DNA from: Candidatus Omnitrophota bacterium
GTDB lineage: Bacteria > Omnitrophota > Gorgyraeia > Zapsychrales > Zapsychraceae
Length of the DNA: 33,672 nt
Reading direction: 5' to 3'
Assembly: GCA_020430005.1 (NCBI GenBank)
Contig: JAGQKQ010000001.1
Location: 1 to 33,672 of the forward strand
Shown here: positions 15,743 through 25,084 of the stretch, piece after piece
Position numbering within the stretch: the stretch's first letter is position 1
Layout: each line of letters begins with the position of its first letter
Position numbers and translations under genes: made by a program
The notes under the pieces: model-generated
The model's input: the letters and a program-made list of their open reading frames with translations, nothing else
Told to the model about the DNA's origin: nothing
Databases searched by the model: none

Positions 15743-17983
15743 ATGTCTTTGAATAATTTTCTATGGAAATTATTTATGTCCCGGGTGGCCAGAAAACACG
15801 GTTTTGTGGACCCGATGGTTTTGTTTTCACGACTGGTAAGATTTTCTCAACCTTCGGAAGTTGCCGCTCCGACGGAATTGTTGCGCGCTACGGCGGTCCT
15901 GCACGCCAGAGGGTTGGTGAATAGTCAGGCCATTCAACATAATCTGGATTGGGTCTGGCCTTATTGGGTGAAACGGCAGTTTGATCCTAAGGATGAATCT
16001 TTTGTTCCCCGAGCGTTTTCTCTCACACATATTAATCTGACACACAGGACATGGACGGCTTTGGGTTTGCCGGACTCCTCGGAAACCCCGTTAGTCGATC
16101 CCCGCGGTTTGGTAACCCCGTTTTGGGATGGTTGGTCTATTGACGGTTGGATTATGAGGGAGGGTGAAGTGGTTGTTCCGTCTCATAAAAAGACAGCGGA
16201 ACAGAAGTTGGATATTCACCAACAAGGCTATGCTGTTATCACTAAGATTAAAGATAAAAATACTGAACTGTGTATTAACAGCCGCCTTCTTAAGATCGAG
16301 CAACAAAAAGAAGTGTGTTATACAAGCTATCAGTTAGATGGGCCGGGAAGTCTTGTTATTTCAATTCGTCCCTACAATCCGGAAGGGATTAGTTTTATCG
16401 AATCTATCGATATCCTCGAAGATCAGGCGGCATTACTTATTAATAATGAACATAAGATATTCTTTGACCGACAATGGTCGAAATGTTTGTTGTCTAATTA
16501 CAAAAATGGTGATGTTGTTCATCGTCTGGAGGAGGATGGAGAGAAGAAGCATGTGAAGTGTCCGGTCGGTCTTGCGACCGCCGCAATAATTTTTTCTAAC
16601 CCAATTCAGGAAAAATTGGAAGTCAATGTTACTGCACCTTTAAAAGCCGATAAGCAAAGGAAATCTTATGTTGTGAGAGATTCTTCCAATAAATCTGTCT
16701 GGACAGAAGCCCTGGAAAAAACGCCGATCTTAAGAATTCCTGATGAGAAATTTCAGCATTTATATGATGTCGCCGTTCGGACATTATTTATCCATACTGT
16801 AGAAGATGTATTCGCCGGCCCTTTTGTCTATAAACGTTTTTGGTTTAGAGATGCCGCTTTTATTTTAAACGCGCTGCTATCACTGGGTATGTTTGATCGT
16901 GTGGAACGCAGAATTCAACAGTTTCCCGCCCGTCAAAAAATCTCAGGATACTTTCTTTCACAGGAAGGAGAATGGGATTCCAATGGAGAAGTGCTATGGC
17001 TTCTGGAACGTTATAGCCGTTTATCCCATCGTCGTCTGGAAGATGAAATTTATGAGAGCGCTCTAAAAGGAGCGCAGTGGATTATTAAAAAGCGGTTAAG
17101 AGATAACCTTAATAAACCGCACTCCGGATTAATGCCCGCAGGTTTTAGCGCGGAACATTTCGGTCCGAACGATTATTATTATTGGGATAGCTTCTGGAGT
17201 ATGGCCGGATTATCCTCCGCTTCTTATTTGGCAGAAAAGGCCGGGGATAACAAATCCGCCGATCGTTTTTTGGGTCAATCGCAACAGTTAAAAAGTTGTG
17301 TGGAAAAGAGCCTGCAGGTTGTGGCGAATCGTCTGGGGCGCTTGGCTATTCCGGCGTCACCCTATCGACGTTTGGATAGCGCGGCGGTGGGTTCGCTGGT
17401 TGCCGGTTATCCGCTGCAATTAGATTTTCAAAAGAATGCCCGGCTTATTGATACTGTAAATTATTTAATGGATCATTGTCTGGTCGAAGGCGGTTTTTTT
17501 CATGACATGAGCCATTCCGGGGTTAATCCTTATTTAACGCTTCATATGGCGCAGGTCTTATTAATGTTAGATGATCCTCGGTATTTGGATTTAATGACGG
17601 CGATTGCCCGTTTTTCAACGGATACAGGAGTATGGGCGGAGGCGATGCATCCCCGGACCAAAGGAGGATGTATGGGGGATTGTCAGCATGTCTGGGCGGC
17701 GGCGGAGTGGGTTATGATGATTCATCATTGTTTTATTAGAGAAGAGGGGGAGAAACTCGTTCTATGCTCCGGAATACCCGAGGAATGGATTAAGGATGAA
17801 AAAATGATTTCATTGGGCCCTGTACGAACACGTCATGGCAAGTTGGCGCTGGATATTGTTTTGTCACAGGATACCATTGAGATTTGTTACACGGCCCGTT
17901 GGCATGCCCAAAAACCTGAAATGGAAGTTCGTTTTACCGATGATCGACTGAAGGATAAAAAAATTAATCTCATTGAAGCATAG
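15743..17983 (+). CDS. six-hairpin (alpha/alpha)6 glycosidase-like protein, GH15/glucoamylase-related
   Basis: The C-terminal half of this 746-aa ORF has FWFRDAAFILNALL, EWDSNGEVLWLL and YYYWDSFW, patterns typical of GH15-type barrels. The N-terminal half is unassigned and has no signal peptide. Confidence 0.5.
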   Translation: MSLNNFLWKLFMSRVARKHGFVDPMVLFSRLVRFSQPSEVAAPTELLRATAVLHARGLVNSQAIQHNLDWVWPYWVKRQFDPKDESFVPRAFSLTHINLTHRTWTALGLPDSSETPLVDPRGLVTPFWDGWSIDGWIMREGEVVVPSHKKTAEQKLDIHQQGYAVITKIKDKNTELCINSRLLKIEQQKEVCYTSYQLDGPGSLVISIRPYNPEGISFIESIDILEDQAALLINNEHKIFFDRQWSKCLLSNYKNGDVVHRLEEDGEKKHVKCPVGLATAAIIFSNPIQEKLEVNVTAPLKADKQRKSYVVRDSSNKSVWTEALEKTPILRIPDEKFQHLYDVAVRTLFIHTVEDVFAGPFVYKRFWFRDAAFILNALLSLGMFDRVERRIQQFPARQKISGYFLSQEGEWDSNGEVLWLLERYSRLSHRRLEDEIYESALKGAQWIIKKRLRDNLNKPHSGLMPAGFSAEHFGPNDYYYWDSFWSMAGLSSASYLAEKAGDNKSADRFLGQSQQLKSCVEKSLQVVANRLGRLAIPASPYRRLDSAAVGSLVAGYPLQLDFQKNARLIDTVNYLMDHCLVEGGFFHDMSHSGVNPYLTLHMAQVLLMLDDPRYLDLMTAIARFSTDTGVWAEAMHPRTKGGCMGDCQHVWAAAEWVMMIHHCFIREEGEKLVLCSGIPEEWIKDEKMISLGPVRTRHGKLALDIVLSQDTIEICYTARWHAQKPEMEVRFTDDRLKDKKINLIEA

Positions 17984-18003
17984 AGTGCGACTGGAGAAAA
18001 CGT

Positions 18004-19347
18004 ATGGCGAAAAAAACTATGAACATTGTCATGATGACGAACACATATATACCGATTATCGGAGGATTGGAAAAATCTGTGGAATCTTTCTCGCAGGAAT
18101 ACCGAAAACGTGGACATAATGTTTTAATTGTTGCTCCGGAATTTGAGGGTGTTCCGGAAAAAGAAGAAGGCGTTTTTCGTATTCCGGCGATTCAGAATTT
18201 TAACGGAACGGACTTTTCGGTTGAACTTCCCATTTCTCCTGAGCTTTCGAAAACACTTAAAGCGTTTAAGCCGGATATTATTCATACGCATCATCCTTTT
18301 CTCATCGGTGACACGGCGTTAAGGGCGGCTTCGGAATTTAATGTTCCGATTATTTTTACGCATCATACCTTGTATGAAAAAAACACCCATTATGTTCCGG
18401 GGGATTCTAAAACGGTGCAGCGTTTCGTTGTTCAGCTGGCGAGAGGATACGCCAACTTATGTGACCGTGTTATCGCGCCTAGTCCCAGTATCGCCAAACT
18501 GCTCAAACAACGGAAAGTAAAAACGCCTGTAGATGTTCTTCCAACAGGTATTTATTTGGACAGGTTCAAAAAGGGCAATGGAGAAGTCTTTCGCCAATTT
18601 TTTGAAATTCCTGCCAAAGCTTTTGTGGTCGGTATTGTCGGGCGGGTTGCTCCTGAGAAAAACGTTCAGTTCTTGGCCAAAGCGGCTATGCGATTTTTAA
18701 AAATGTGTGACAACGCGTATTTTGTTGTTGTTGGGAGCGGCCCGTCATTGGAGTCGATGAGGAAGGATTTTGAAAAGAGAAAATTAGCGGATCGCTTGGT
18801 TTGTACAGGAGTGCTAAAAGGAAATCAGCTAATAAGTGCGTATAAAGCGTTGGATGTTTTTGCTTTCGCCTCACATAGTGAAACGCAGGGATTAGTTTTA
18901 AATGAAGCAATGGCTGCCGGTACCCCGGTGGTTGCTGTTAACGCTCCGGGTGTAAGAGATGTCCTCAGAGATCAAGAAAACGGGCGGATGATCGCCAGGG
19001 ACAATGTGAAACAGTTTGTGATGGCCTTACAATGGATGTTCCAACAATCTCCTCAAAAAATAAAACAGATGAAAGAAGAGGCCAGATGTATGGCGGCAGA
19101 GTTCTCAATGGATCAATGTGTGCAGAAGGCGCTGGATATTTATCAGAAAGTGATTGATCAAGAGTTGGCTGAGAAAAATATCCATGATAACTCATGGCGA
19201 AAAACGCTACGGATATTGGATACCCAAAAAGATCTGATGATTAATATGACAAAGGCTACGACAAAGGCTGTGGGCGAAGGGCCGAAGCGGTTTATTCGAA
19301 AAACCACACGAAAGATTCAAAGAAAAATTAAACATATGGTACTATAA
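18004..19347 (+). CDS. GT4 family glycosyltransferase (diacylglycerol glycosyltransferase-like)
   Basis: The N-terminus MTNTYIPIIGGLEKSV matches GT4 lipid glycosyltransferases, and the ETQGLVLNEAMAAGTPVV EX7E region is present. It ends in a basic amphipathic C-terminal tail. Confidence 0.8.
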   Translation: MAKKTMNIVMMTNTYIPIIGGLEKSVESFSQEYRKRGHNVLIVAPEFEGVPEKEEGVFRIPAIQNFNGTDFSVELPISPELSKTLKAFKPDIIHTHHPFLIGDTALRAASEFNVPIIFTHHTLYEKNTHYVPGDSKTVQRFVVQLARGYANLCDRVIAPSPSIAKLLKQRKVKTPVDVLPTGIYLDRFKKGNGEVFRQFFEIPAKAFVVGIVGRVAPEKNVQFLAKAAMRFLKMCDNAYFVVVGSGPSLESMRKDFEKRKLADRLVCTGVLKGNQLISAYKALDVFAFASHSETQGLVLNEAMAAGTPVVAVNAPGVRDVLRDQENGRMIARDNVKQFVMALQWMFQQSPQKIKQMKEEARCMAAEFSMDQCVQKALDIYQKVIDQELAEKNIHDNSWRKTLRILDTQKDLMINMTKATTKAVGEGPKRFIRKTTRKIQRKIKHMVL

Positions 19348-19356
19348 ACTAATAAT

Positions 19357-19824
19357 ATGAACATTTTTATGAAAAGAATATTACAATTAGTCATTATTAT
19401 TGTTATTGTCCTTTGCGGGCGTTGTTTCGCGGAAGATCTTTCAGAGATGGATCATATTGCATCTGCTGAACAGCAAGCACAGCGGACAGCCGCTTTAGAC
19501 GCCGCTCAGGCATGGCTTGAAACGATTGATCTTGTCCGTTATCCTCAAAGCTGGGACATGTCATCGGTTTTGTTTCAAAAGGCTGTTAATCAGGAAGAGT
19601 GGGTTAACATTTTAAGTGTGATACGTAATCCCTTAGGGCAGACAAATCAGCGCGAGCAGGTTTTTATTGAAAATTATACTGAGCTTCCTGATGCTCCTGA
19701 TGGAGAGTATATTGTTATTCAATATCAAACGGATTTTGAAAACAGACCGGGTTCCTTTGAAACAGTGACCATGATGCTGGAAGAAGATGGCACATGGAAG
19801 GGTGCCGGTTATTATATTAGATAA
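19357..19824 (+). CDS. DUF4019-like secreted protein
   Basis: It has a signal peptide, then AAQAWLETIDLVRYPQSW, RNPLGQ, LPDAPDGEYIVIQYQTDFEN and DGTWKGAGYYI, which match the DUF4019 pattern as I recall it. Confidence 0.6.
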   Translation: MNIFMKRILQLVIIIVIVLCGRCFAEDLSEMDHIASAEQQAQRTAALDAAQAWLETIDLVRYPQSWDMSSVLFQKAVNQEEWVNILSVIRNPLGQTNQREQVFIENYTELPDAPDGEYIVIQYQTDFENRPGSFETVTMMLEEDGTWKGAGYYIR

Positions 19825-19833
19825 GATCGGATT

Positions 19834-20007
19834 ATGTCAGAAACAGTTTTAAGAATTTGTATTGTCATCGGCTGCGTGGGGACCGTTTGGTTAATCCTCA
19901 AGGCCGTAAAATGGATTTGGAAGATTCTATTTATTGCCGGACTGGTTACGGCTGTCTGGTTTTTTTATCCCGCCATTGAAGCCTTCTTCAAAACGTTACT
20001 CAGCTAG
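19834..20007 (+). CDS. possible 57-aa two-TM membrane protein (below the ORF-track cutoff)
   Basis: My own translation is MSETVLRICIVIGCVGTVWLILKAVKWIWKILFIAGLVTAVWFFYPAIEAFFKTLLS. It starts 9 nt after the previous stop and has a weak SD. Confidence 0.35.
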   Translation: MSETVLRICIVIGCVGTVWLILKAVKWIWKILFIAGLVTAVWFFYPAIEAFFKTLLS

Positions 20008-20052
20008 CTATCTCGTTTAATTTCATATAGTTGTATATTATTTTCTAAAAAT

Positions 20053-20083
20053 GAAACTTTTTGTGTGGTCCTCCTGTCTAACT
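20053..20083 (+). promoter_or_regulatory. ECF-sigma-type promoter
   Basis: GAAACTT, 16 nt, GTCTAACT. The -10 element ends 47 nt before the ATG at 20129. Confidence 0.55.
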
Positions 20084-20128
20084 AGGTAAATTCGGGAAAA
20101 TAACTATTACTATGAAAAGGGGGATCTC

Positions 20129-20740
20129 ATGGTAACGAAAAATGCGTGGAAAATTATGATCTTGTTGTTTTTAGGCGGCGTAGTTTTGACACAATCAACC
20201 AATGCCTATGCCTGGCACTGGCATTATCGTCAGCATAAAGGACACTGGTCTGACCGGCAGCACAATGAGTATAAAACCTATAAAGTTGTTCAAACAAACC
20301 ATCCGCAAGTTTATGGGACCGTCATCGTTGATCTTCCTTTTGGTGCTGTCGCCTTAAATCTTGGAGGAGAAAAATATCATTATCATCAAGGACGCTACTA
20401 TAAAAAATCGTATCAAAAATATCAGGTTGTCCGGGCTCCGCGAGGAATTTGTATCCCACGTATGCCGTTCGGTTATAAAACGGCGTATATTAAAAGTAAA
20501 CGATATTATATTTATGACGATGTTTATTATATCCGTGTAAAAGATGGCTATCAGGTTGTCGATGACCCGAATGCCATTTATGAGGAAAAAGATTTTACTG
20601 TCAGTATACCCAATGAATATGGCGGATATACAAGTATTAAATTAACACGTCAAGATGATGGATTTGTCGGTCCGCAGGGCGAATATTATGAGGAATTTCC
20701 GAAAGTTGCACAATTACAGGTGATGTATGGCGGGAAATAA
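20129..20740 (+). CDS. secreted Tyr/His-rich hypothetical protein
   Basis: It has a signal peptide ending NAYA and repeated YY..G.Y.VV..P modules (GRYYKKSYQKYQVVRAPRG; DVYYIRVKDGYQVVDDP). A good AAGGGGGA SD precedes the start. Confidence 0.6.
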   Translation: MVTKNAWKIMILLFLGGVVLTQSTNAYAWHWHYRQHKGHWSDRQHNEYKTYKVVQTNHPQVYGTVIVDLPFGAVALNLGGEKYHYHQGRYYKKSYQKYQVVRAPRGICIPRMPFGYKTAYIKSKRYYIYDDVYYIRVKDGYQVVDDPNAIYEEKDFTVSIPNEYGGYTSIKLTRQDDGFVGPQGEYYEEFPKVAQLQVMYGGK

Positions 20741-20797
20741 CAATTCAGTATACAATGGTAGGAAATAATTGTTATTTTTAAGGAAAGTATTATACGT

Positions 20798-21343
20798 ATG
20801 GATGACTTAACGGAAGACATAGTATTACAAGCCGCGCGCGGTGATGTTGAGGCCTTTGAGAATATCTATAAACATTATTCCGCTTTTGTATATAACGTGG
20901 CTTTACGCATGCTAAAGAATATCGAGAATGCCCAGGAAGTGACACAGGATGTTTTTGTAACACTTTATCGCAAATTGGAGACGTTTCGTTTTGAATCATC
21001 TTTAAAAACATGGATTTACAGGATTACGATGAACACAGCCATTAATTACGCAAAAAAAGTTTCCAGAATTCAGGACCGCACGGTTGAATTTGACGCGAAT
21101 CGTTACCCGGCCGCCTCTCCATCGAAAGTCATTTCCCAGGATCAATTGCAAAAAAGGATTGATGCTCTATTGTCCGTTTTAAATCCGGATCAAAAGGCTT
21201 GTGTTATTCTCAGAAGTTTAGAAGGGCTTAGTTACGAGGAAATTGCCAGCACATTAAATATTAATATTAACACTGTGCGAAGCCGTCTAAAGCGGGCCCG
21301 GGAAAAAATGCTTTCTATTAAAGAAGAGGTGATGAACTTATGA
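20798..21343 (+). CDS. ECF (group IV) RNA polymerase sigma factor
   Basis: Region 2 (FENIYKHYSAFVYNVALRML...AQEVTQDVFV) and region 4 (LEGLSYEEIASTLNININTVRSRLKRAR) are both present. Confidence 0.9.
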   Translation: MDDLTEDIVLQAARGDVEAFENIYKHYSAFVYNVALRMLKNIENAQEVTQDVFVTLYRKLETFRFESSLKTWIYRITMNTAINYAKKVSRIQDRTVEFDANRYPAASPSKVISQDQLQKRIDALLSVLNPDQKACVILRSLEGLSYEEIASTLNININTVRSRLKRAREKMLSIKEEVMNL

Positions 21344-21828
21344 ACTGTCAAAATGTTAAAGATCTGATTCTTACGGATTATTTAGATGACCAATTGGATC
21401 CACAGCAAAAATCGGCCATGGAGGCTCATCTTAAAGGATGTCAGGAATGTCGTGTTTATCTGGACGCTGTACGAAATGTCTCCACGCTTCCTTTTGAGAA
21501 AGCCCAGCACGTTCATCCACCTGAGCATATATGGCATAATATCAAGGTCGCGATTGAGAACGAACATGAAACGGCTGATATTGTTCAGGAGACGACTGTG
21601 CCCGGTTTTTGGCAACAGTTGGGCATTTTAAAAAGATTAGCTCTCGGAGCTGTTTCATTGGTGCTTCTGATGATTGCGGTCACAACGGTCCAGAAAACGT
21701 CGCATAGGCCGATTGTGAAGATTGATAATACGGCCCAAATTGAATACTTTGCTTATTTAATTGCAGGAGAAGATGCGGACGATGTTACGGAAGATTACGG
21801 CACAATGATTGAAGAATATTTCCTATAA
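21340..21828 (+). CDS. anti-sigma factor (zf-HC2, single TM)
   Basis: It overlaps the sigma gene by 4 nt (ATGA). It has the HLKGCQECRVYLD zinc-finger motif and one central TM helix. Confidence 0.75.
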   Translation: MNCQNVKDLILTDYLDDQLDPQQKSAMEAHLKGCQECRVYLDAVRNVSTLPFEKAQHVHPPEHIWHNIKVAIENEHETADIVQETTVPGFWQQLGILKRLALGAVSLVLLMIAVTTVQKTSHRPIVKIDNTAQIEYFAYLIAGEDADDVTEDYGTMIEEYFL

Positions 21829-21829
21829 T

Positions 21830-21859
21830 GGAACTTTAGTTAGAGGATTTTGTCTAACT
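21830..21859 (+). promoter_or_regulatory. ECF-sigma-type promoter (second copy)
   Basis: GGAACTT, 15 nt, GTCTAACT. It starts 2 nt after the anti-sigma stop codon, and the -10 element ends 46 nt before the ATG at 21904. Confidence 0.55.
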
Positions 21860-21903
21860 GATAAACCGGTTAGGAAATAAAAGGAAAGAGGAGGATATAT
21901 AAT

Positions 21904-22377
21904 ATGGAAAGAGTAATGAACAAATTGGTTGCCGGAATATGTATGATAGCGTTAATGCTGACGGCAACAACAGCTTTTGCGGGTGATGGAGAAGGTGGTT
22001 ATAAAGAGTTTAGAAAAGAACGCATCGCCAAAATGTACGAAAAACTGGAATTGAGTCAGGAGCAAAAAGAACAGTTGGAAGCCCATCGAAAATCCCAGAA
22101 AGAGGAGTATCGAGCGGTATTCCAAGAACTTAAATCTAATAAAGATGCATTAGCTGAAGAATTAGAGAAAAAGAATATCGATAAAGATAAGGTTCAGCAA
22201 ATCCATGCAAAAATTAAAGTGCTGAATGCCAAAAAAGAAGATATGCGTTTAGAAGGTATTATGCAAGTACGGGAAATTTTGACGGATGAACAGTTTTCTG
22301 AATTTATGAAGCTAAAAGAATCCCGGAAAGAAAAATTTAAGAAGGGCAGCCATCACGAAGGGCCTATGGAAGAATAA
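21904..22377 (+). CDS. Spy/CpxP-family periplasmic protein (LTxxQ motifs)
   Basis: It has a signal peptide, a helical and highly charged body, and the LSQEQ and LTDEQ motifs. Confidence 0.7.
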   Translation: MERVMNKLVAGICMIALMLTATTAFAGDGEGGYKEFRKERIAKMYEKLELSQEQKEQLEAHRKSQKEEYRAVFQELKSNKDALAEELEKKNIDKDKVQQIHAKIKVLNAKKEDMRLEGIMQVREILTDEQFSEFMKLKESRKEKFKKGSHHEGPMEE

Positions 22378-22400
22378 CACGATACAGAAAATAGAGTTTA

Positions 22401-22437
22401 AAGGGATAGATAGGAACGATATCTATCCCTTTTTTTA
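22401..22437 (+). terminator. intrinsic terminator
   Basis: AAGGGATAGATA...TATCTATCCCTT is followed by a T-run. Confidence 0.8.
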
Positions 22438-22472
22438 TATTTACCCTTAAAATTGCCCGGCCTAAAAAAAGA

Positions 22473-22501
22473 TTGAAAACAAAAGGCGACGCCCCTAATA
22501 T
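22473..22501 (+). promoter_or_regulatory. sigma70-like promoter
   Basis: TTGAAA, 17 nt, TAATAT, located 48 nt upstream of the ATG at 22550. Confidence 0.45.
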
Positions 22502-22549
22502 AGAGACAGTTTTAAGGACAAAAATAATGGTTTTAATGAAAGGGATAAC

Positions 22550-23317
22550 ATGAAAAAAGCAGTTTCTATTGTTGGTATGGGAGAAATGGGGGGTGTCTTT
22601 GCCCGGGGATTCTTAAAGCTTGGTCATCCGGTCTATCCCATTACACGTCATAACAATGTGAATGATATTCCTGAAGAGGCGGAGTCCGTTATTGTGGCCG
22701 TTGGGGAAAAAGCCCTGCCGGATATTTTAAAGGGAATTCCTGAAAATTTTAAGGATCGGGTGGTTTTACTGCAAAATGAATTGCTGCCTAAAGATTGGGC
22801 GGTATATCCTGTTAACCCTACGGTCATATCGGTATGGTTTGAAAAAAAGCAGCCGAACGATTATAAAGTTATTATTCCTTCACCGGTTTACGGTCCGCAG
22901 GCTCAACTTGTCAGTGACGCGCTGGGGGCGATTAATATTTCTTCCAAAGTTCTGAATAGTGCGGATGAGCTTCTGTTTGAGCTTATCGTGAAGAATCTTT
23001 ATATTCTCACGGTGAATATTGCCGGTTTGGAAGTCGGCGGAACAGTGTCCGAGCTTTGGAACAATCATCGGGAATTTGCCCAGGCTGTTGCGAATGATGT
23101 TTTGGATATCCAATTTGTTATGGCGGAAAAAGAATTAGACCGGCAGAAACTTATCGATGGTATGTTAGAAGCTTTTAATGGTGATCCTGAACATAAATGC
23201 ATGGGACGTTCGGCGCCAGCGCGTTTAGAGCGGGCCGTCGCACAGGCCGATGAATACGGTTTGGACGCAAAAACCTTGAGAGATATTCAAACAAGACAGG
23301 CCCAAGCGTCAAAGTAA
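22550..23317 (+). CDS. NAD(P)-binding Rossmann protein, ketopantoate reductase (ApbA/PanE)-like
   Basis: It has the N-terminal VSIVGMGEMGG dinucleotide fold. The KNLYILTVNIAGL helix resembles the KPR-family K..N...N motif. Substrate is unknown. Confidence 0.45.
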   Translation: MKKAVSIVGMGEMGGVFARGFLKLGHPVYPITRHNNVNDIPEEAESVIVAVGEKALPDILKGIPENFKDRVVLLQNELLPKDWAVYPVNPTVISVWFEKKQPNDYKVIIPSPVYGPQAQLVSDALGAINISSKVLNSADELLFELIVKNLYILTVNIAGLEVGGTVSELWNNHREFAQAVANDVLDIQFVMAEKELDRQKLIDGMLEAFNGDPEHKCMGRSAPARLERAVAQADEYGLDAKTLRDIQTRQAQASK

Positions 23318-23328
23318 GGTTGCAAATA

Positions 23329-24102
23329 ATGTTGGATATTACCGACCCGAAAGATTCCCAAGTTTTAAACGTTCAGCATTTGCGCAAGCGGTCGTACCGT
23401 CAACAAACCGGGTGCGTTATTGTGGAGGGTTATCCGGAAGTAAAAAAAGCCTCACAATGTCGTGTTCCTTTTGAAACACTATACATTTGTCCGGAAATTT
23501 TTGAAGATGTTTATCATGAGTTTAAAGACTATCCCGTTCAAACAGTCTCAAAAGATGTTTTTGCCGCGATGGCATTCGGTGAACGCCTGAAGGGGATATT
23601 AGCGGTCTGCCAGCCAAAGATTTATACTTTTGAAGATATTCATTTTAAAACACGGCCCTTGGTTGTGCTTTTAGAAAATGTGGAAAAGCCGGGTAACCTT
23701 GGGGCTGTCTTAAGAAGCTGTGACGGGGCGGGTGTGGATTGTCTGCTGGCCTGTGAAAGTCAAACCGATATTTATAATCAGCATGTTGTCCGGTCGAGTA
23801 TCGGCGCTATTTTCAGTGTGCCGACAATCGCCTGTTCCAACACACAGGCCCTGGATTTTTTAAAACAGCATAATATCAGGGTATTGGCCGCGTCATCAAA
23901 AACAGATACGATTTATACTTTGGAAAATCTTAAGGAACCAACGGCTTTTGTTATTGGAAACGAACACTCTGGATTATCCCCGTTTTGGCTGGAGCATGCG
24001 GATAGCCCGGTCAAAATTCCTATGCAGGGCATTGGACAGTGCTTAAACGCGGCGGCCAGCGCGTCTGTTTTAGTTTATGAAGCCTTGCGTCAGCGTTCTT
24101 GA
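23329..24102 (+). CDS. TrmH/SpoU family RNA 2'-O-methyltransferase
   Basis: LENVEKPGNLGAVLRSCDGAG, VIGNEHSGLS and NAAASASVLVYE are SpoU motifs 1-3. I prefer the ATG at 23329 over the TTG at 23320. Confidence 0.8.
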   Translation: MLDITDPKDSQVLNVQHLRKRSYRQQTGCVIVEGYPEVKKASQCRVPFETLYICPEIFEDVYHEFKDYPVQTVSKDVFAAMAFGERLKGILAVCQPKIYTFEDIHFKTRPLVVLLENVEKPGNLGAVLRSCDGAGVDCLLACESQTDIYNQHVVRSSIGAIFSVPTIACSNTQALDFLKQHNIRVLAASSKTDTIYTLENLKEPTAFVIGNEHSGLSPFWLEHADSPVKIPMQGIGQCLNAAASASVLVYEALRQRS

Positions 24103-24207
24103 AAGAGTTTTCTAAATTAATATTTGAATATTTTTTTGGATTCCCTCTCTATTGTATAATGTTTCAAACAACATTGATCGTAACCATATTTAAAAAAGGA
24201 TTAAACA

Positions 24208-25080
24208 GTGGAAACATTCTCTAAATGGATTAATACCCCGATTATTCATGTGGGTGATACCCCTGTCACCTTTGGCGGCATTGGTAGTGCCATGGTCGTT
24301 TTTTTTGTTGTCTTGATCGTTTCGGCTATTGTTCAGCGTGTTGTATCCAATTATATAGGAAAGCGGATGCAGGTGGCTAATGCCACGTTATATGCCATTC
24401 GAAGAATTCTTCATTATGTGTTTGTTTGTGTGGCCATTGTGTTAGCCGCGCAATGTGTTGGACTGAACTTTGGTACTCTGGCGGTGGCCTTTGGTTTTCT
24501 GGGTGTCGGGATTGGGTTGGGTTTACAAAATATTACAGCCAACTTTGTATCGGGATTAATTCTTTTGTTGGAAAGGCCTGTGAGAATTGGTGATCTGATT
24601 AATATCGACGGAAAAATATCAGAAGTAATCGGTATTAATATGCGGGTTACGGTCGTCCGTACGTTTGATAATGTTACGGTTCTTGTACCAAATACAAAAT
24701 TAGTCGAGAATGAAGTGGTTAACTGGACAGTGGATGATCCCCGCACAAGGATTCATTGTCCTGTCGGCGTGGCTTACGGATCGGATACGACAAAAGTGAA
24801 AGAGGTTTTACTTACTGTTGCGAAGAATCACAAAGATGTCCTGGAGAAGCCTGAGCCGGAAGTTAGATTTTTGGAATTCGGCGATTCATCATTAAACTTT
24901 GATTTGTTAGTATGGACCAGCAAACCCGAAAATCAAAAAATATTACGCAGTGATATTAATTTTATGATTGATGCGGCATTTAGAGAGCACGACATTAAAA
25001 TTCCTTTTCCGCAAAGGGATATTCATTTGCAAATGACACCGGCTGTTGAGAAACTATCTGAATCGAAAGAGGCCCGTTAA
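24208..25080 (+). CDS. small-conductance mechanosensitive channel (MscS family)
   Basis: It has 3 TM segments plus NFVSGLILLLERPVRIGDLI and a beta-domain. The start codon is GTG. Confidence 0.85.
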   Translation: METFSKWINTPIIHVGDTPVTFGGIGSAMVVFFVVLIVSAIVQRVVSNYIGKRMQVANATLYAIRRILHYVFVCVAIVLAAQCVGLNFGTLAVAFGFLGVGIGLGLQNITANFVSGLILLLERPVRIGDLINIDGKISEVIGINMRVTVVRTFDNVTVLVPNTKLVENEVVNWTVDDPRTRIHCPVGVAYGSDTTKVKEVLLTVAKNHKDVLEKPEPEVRFLEFGDSSLNFDLLVWTSKPENQKILRSDINFMIDAAFREHDIKIPFPQRDIHLQMTPAVEKLSESKEAR

Positions 25081-25084
25081 TACG

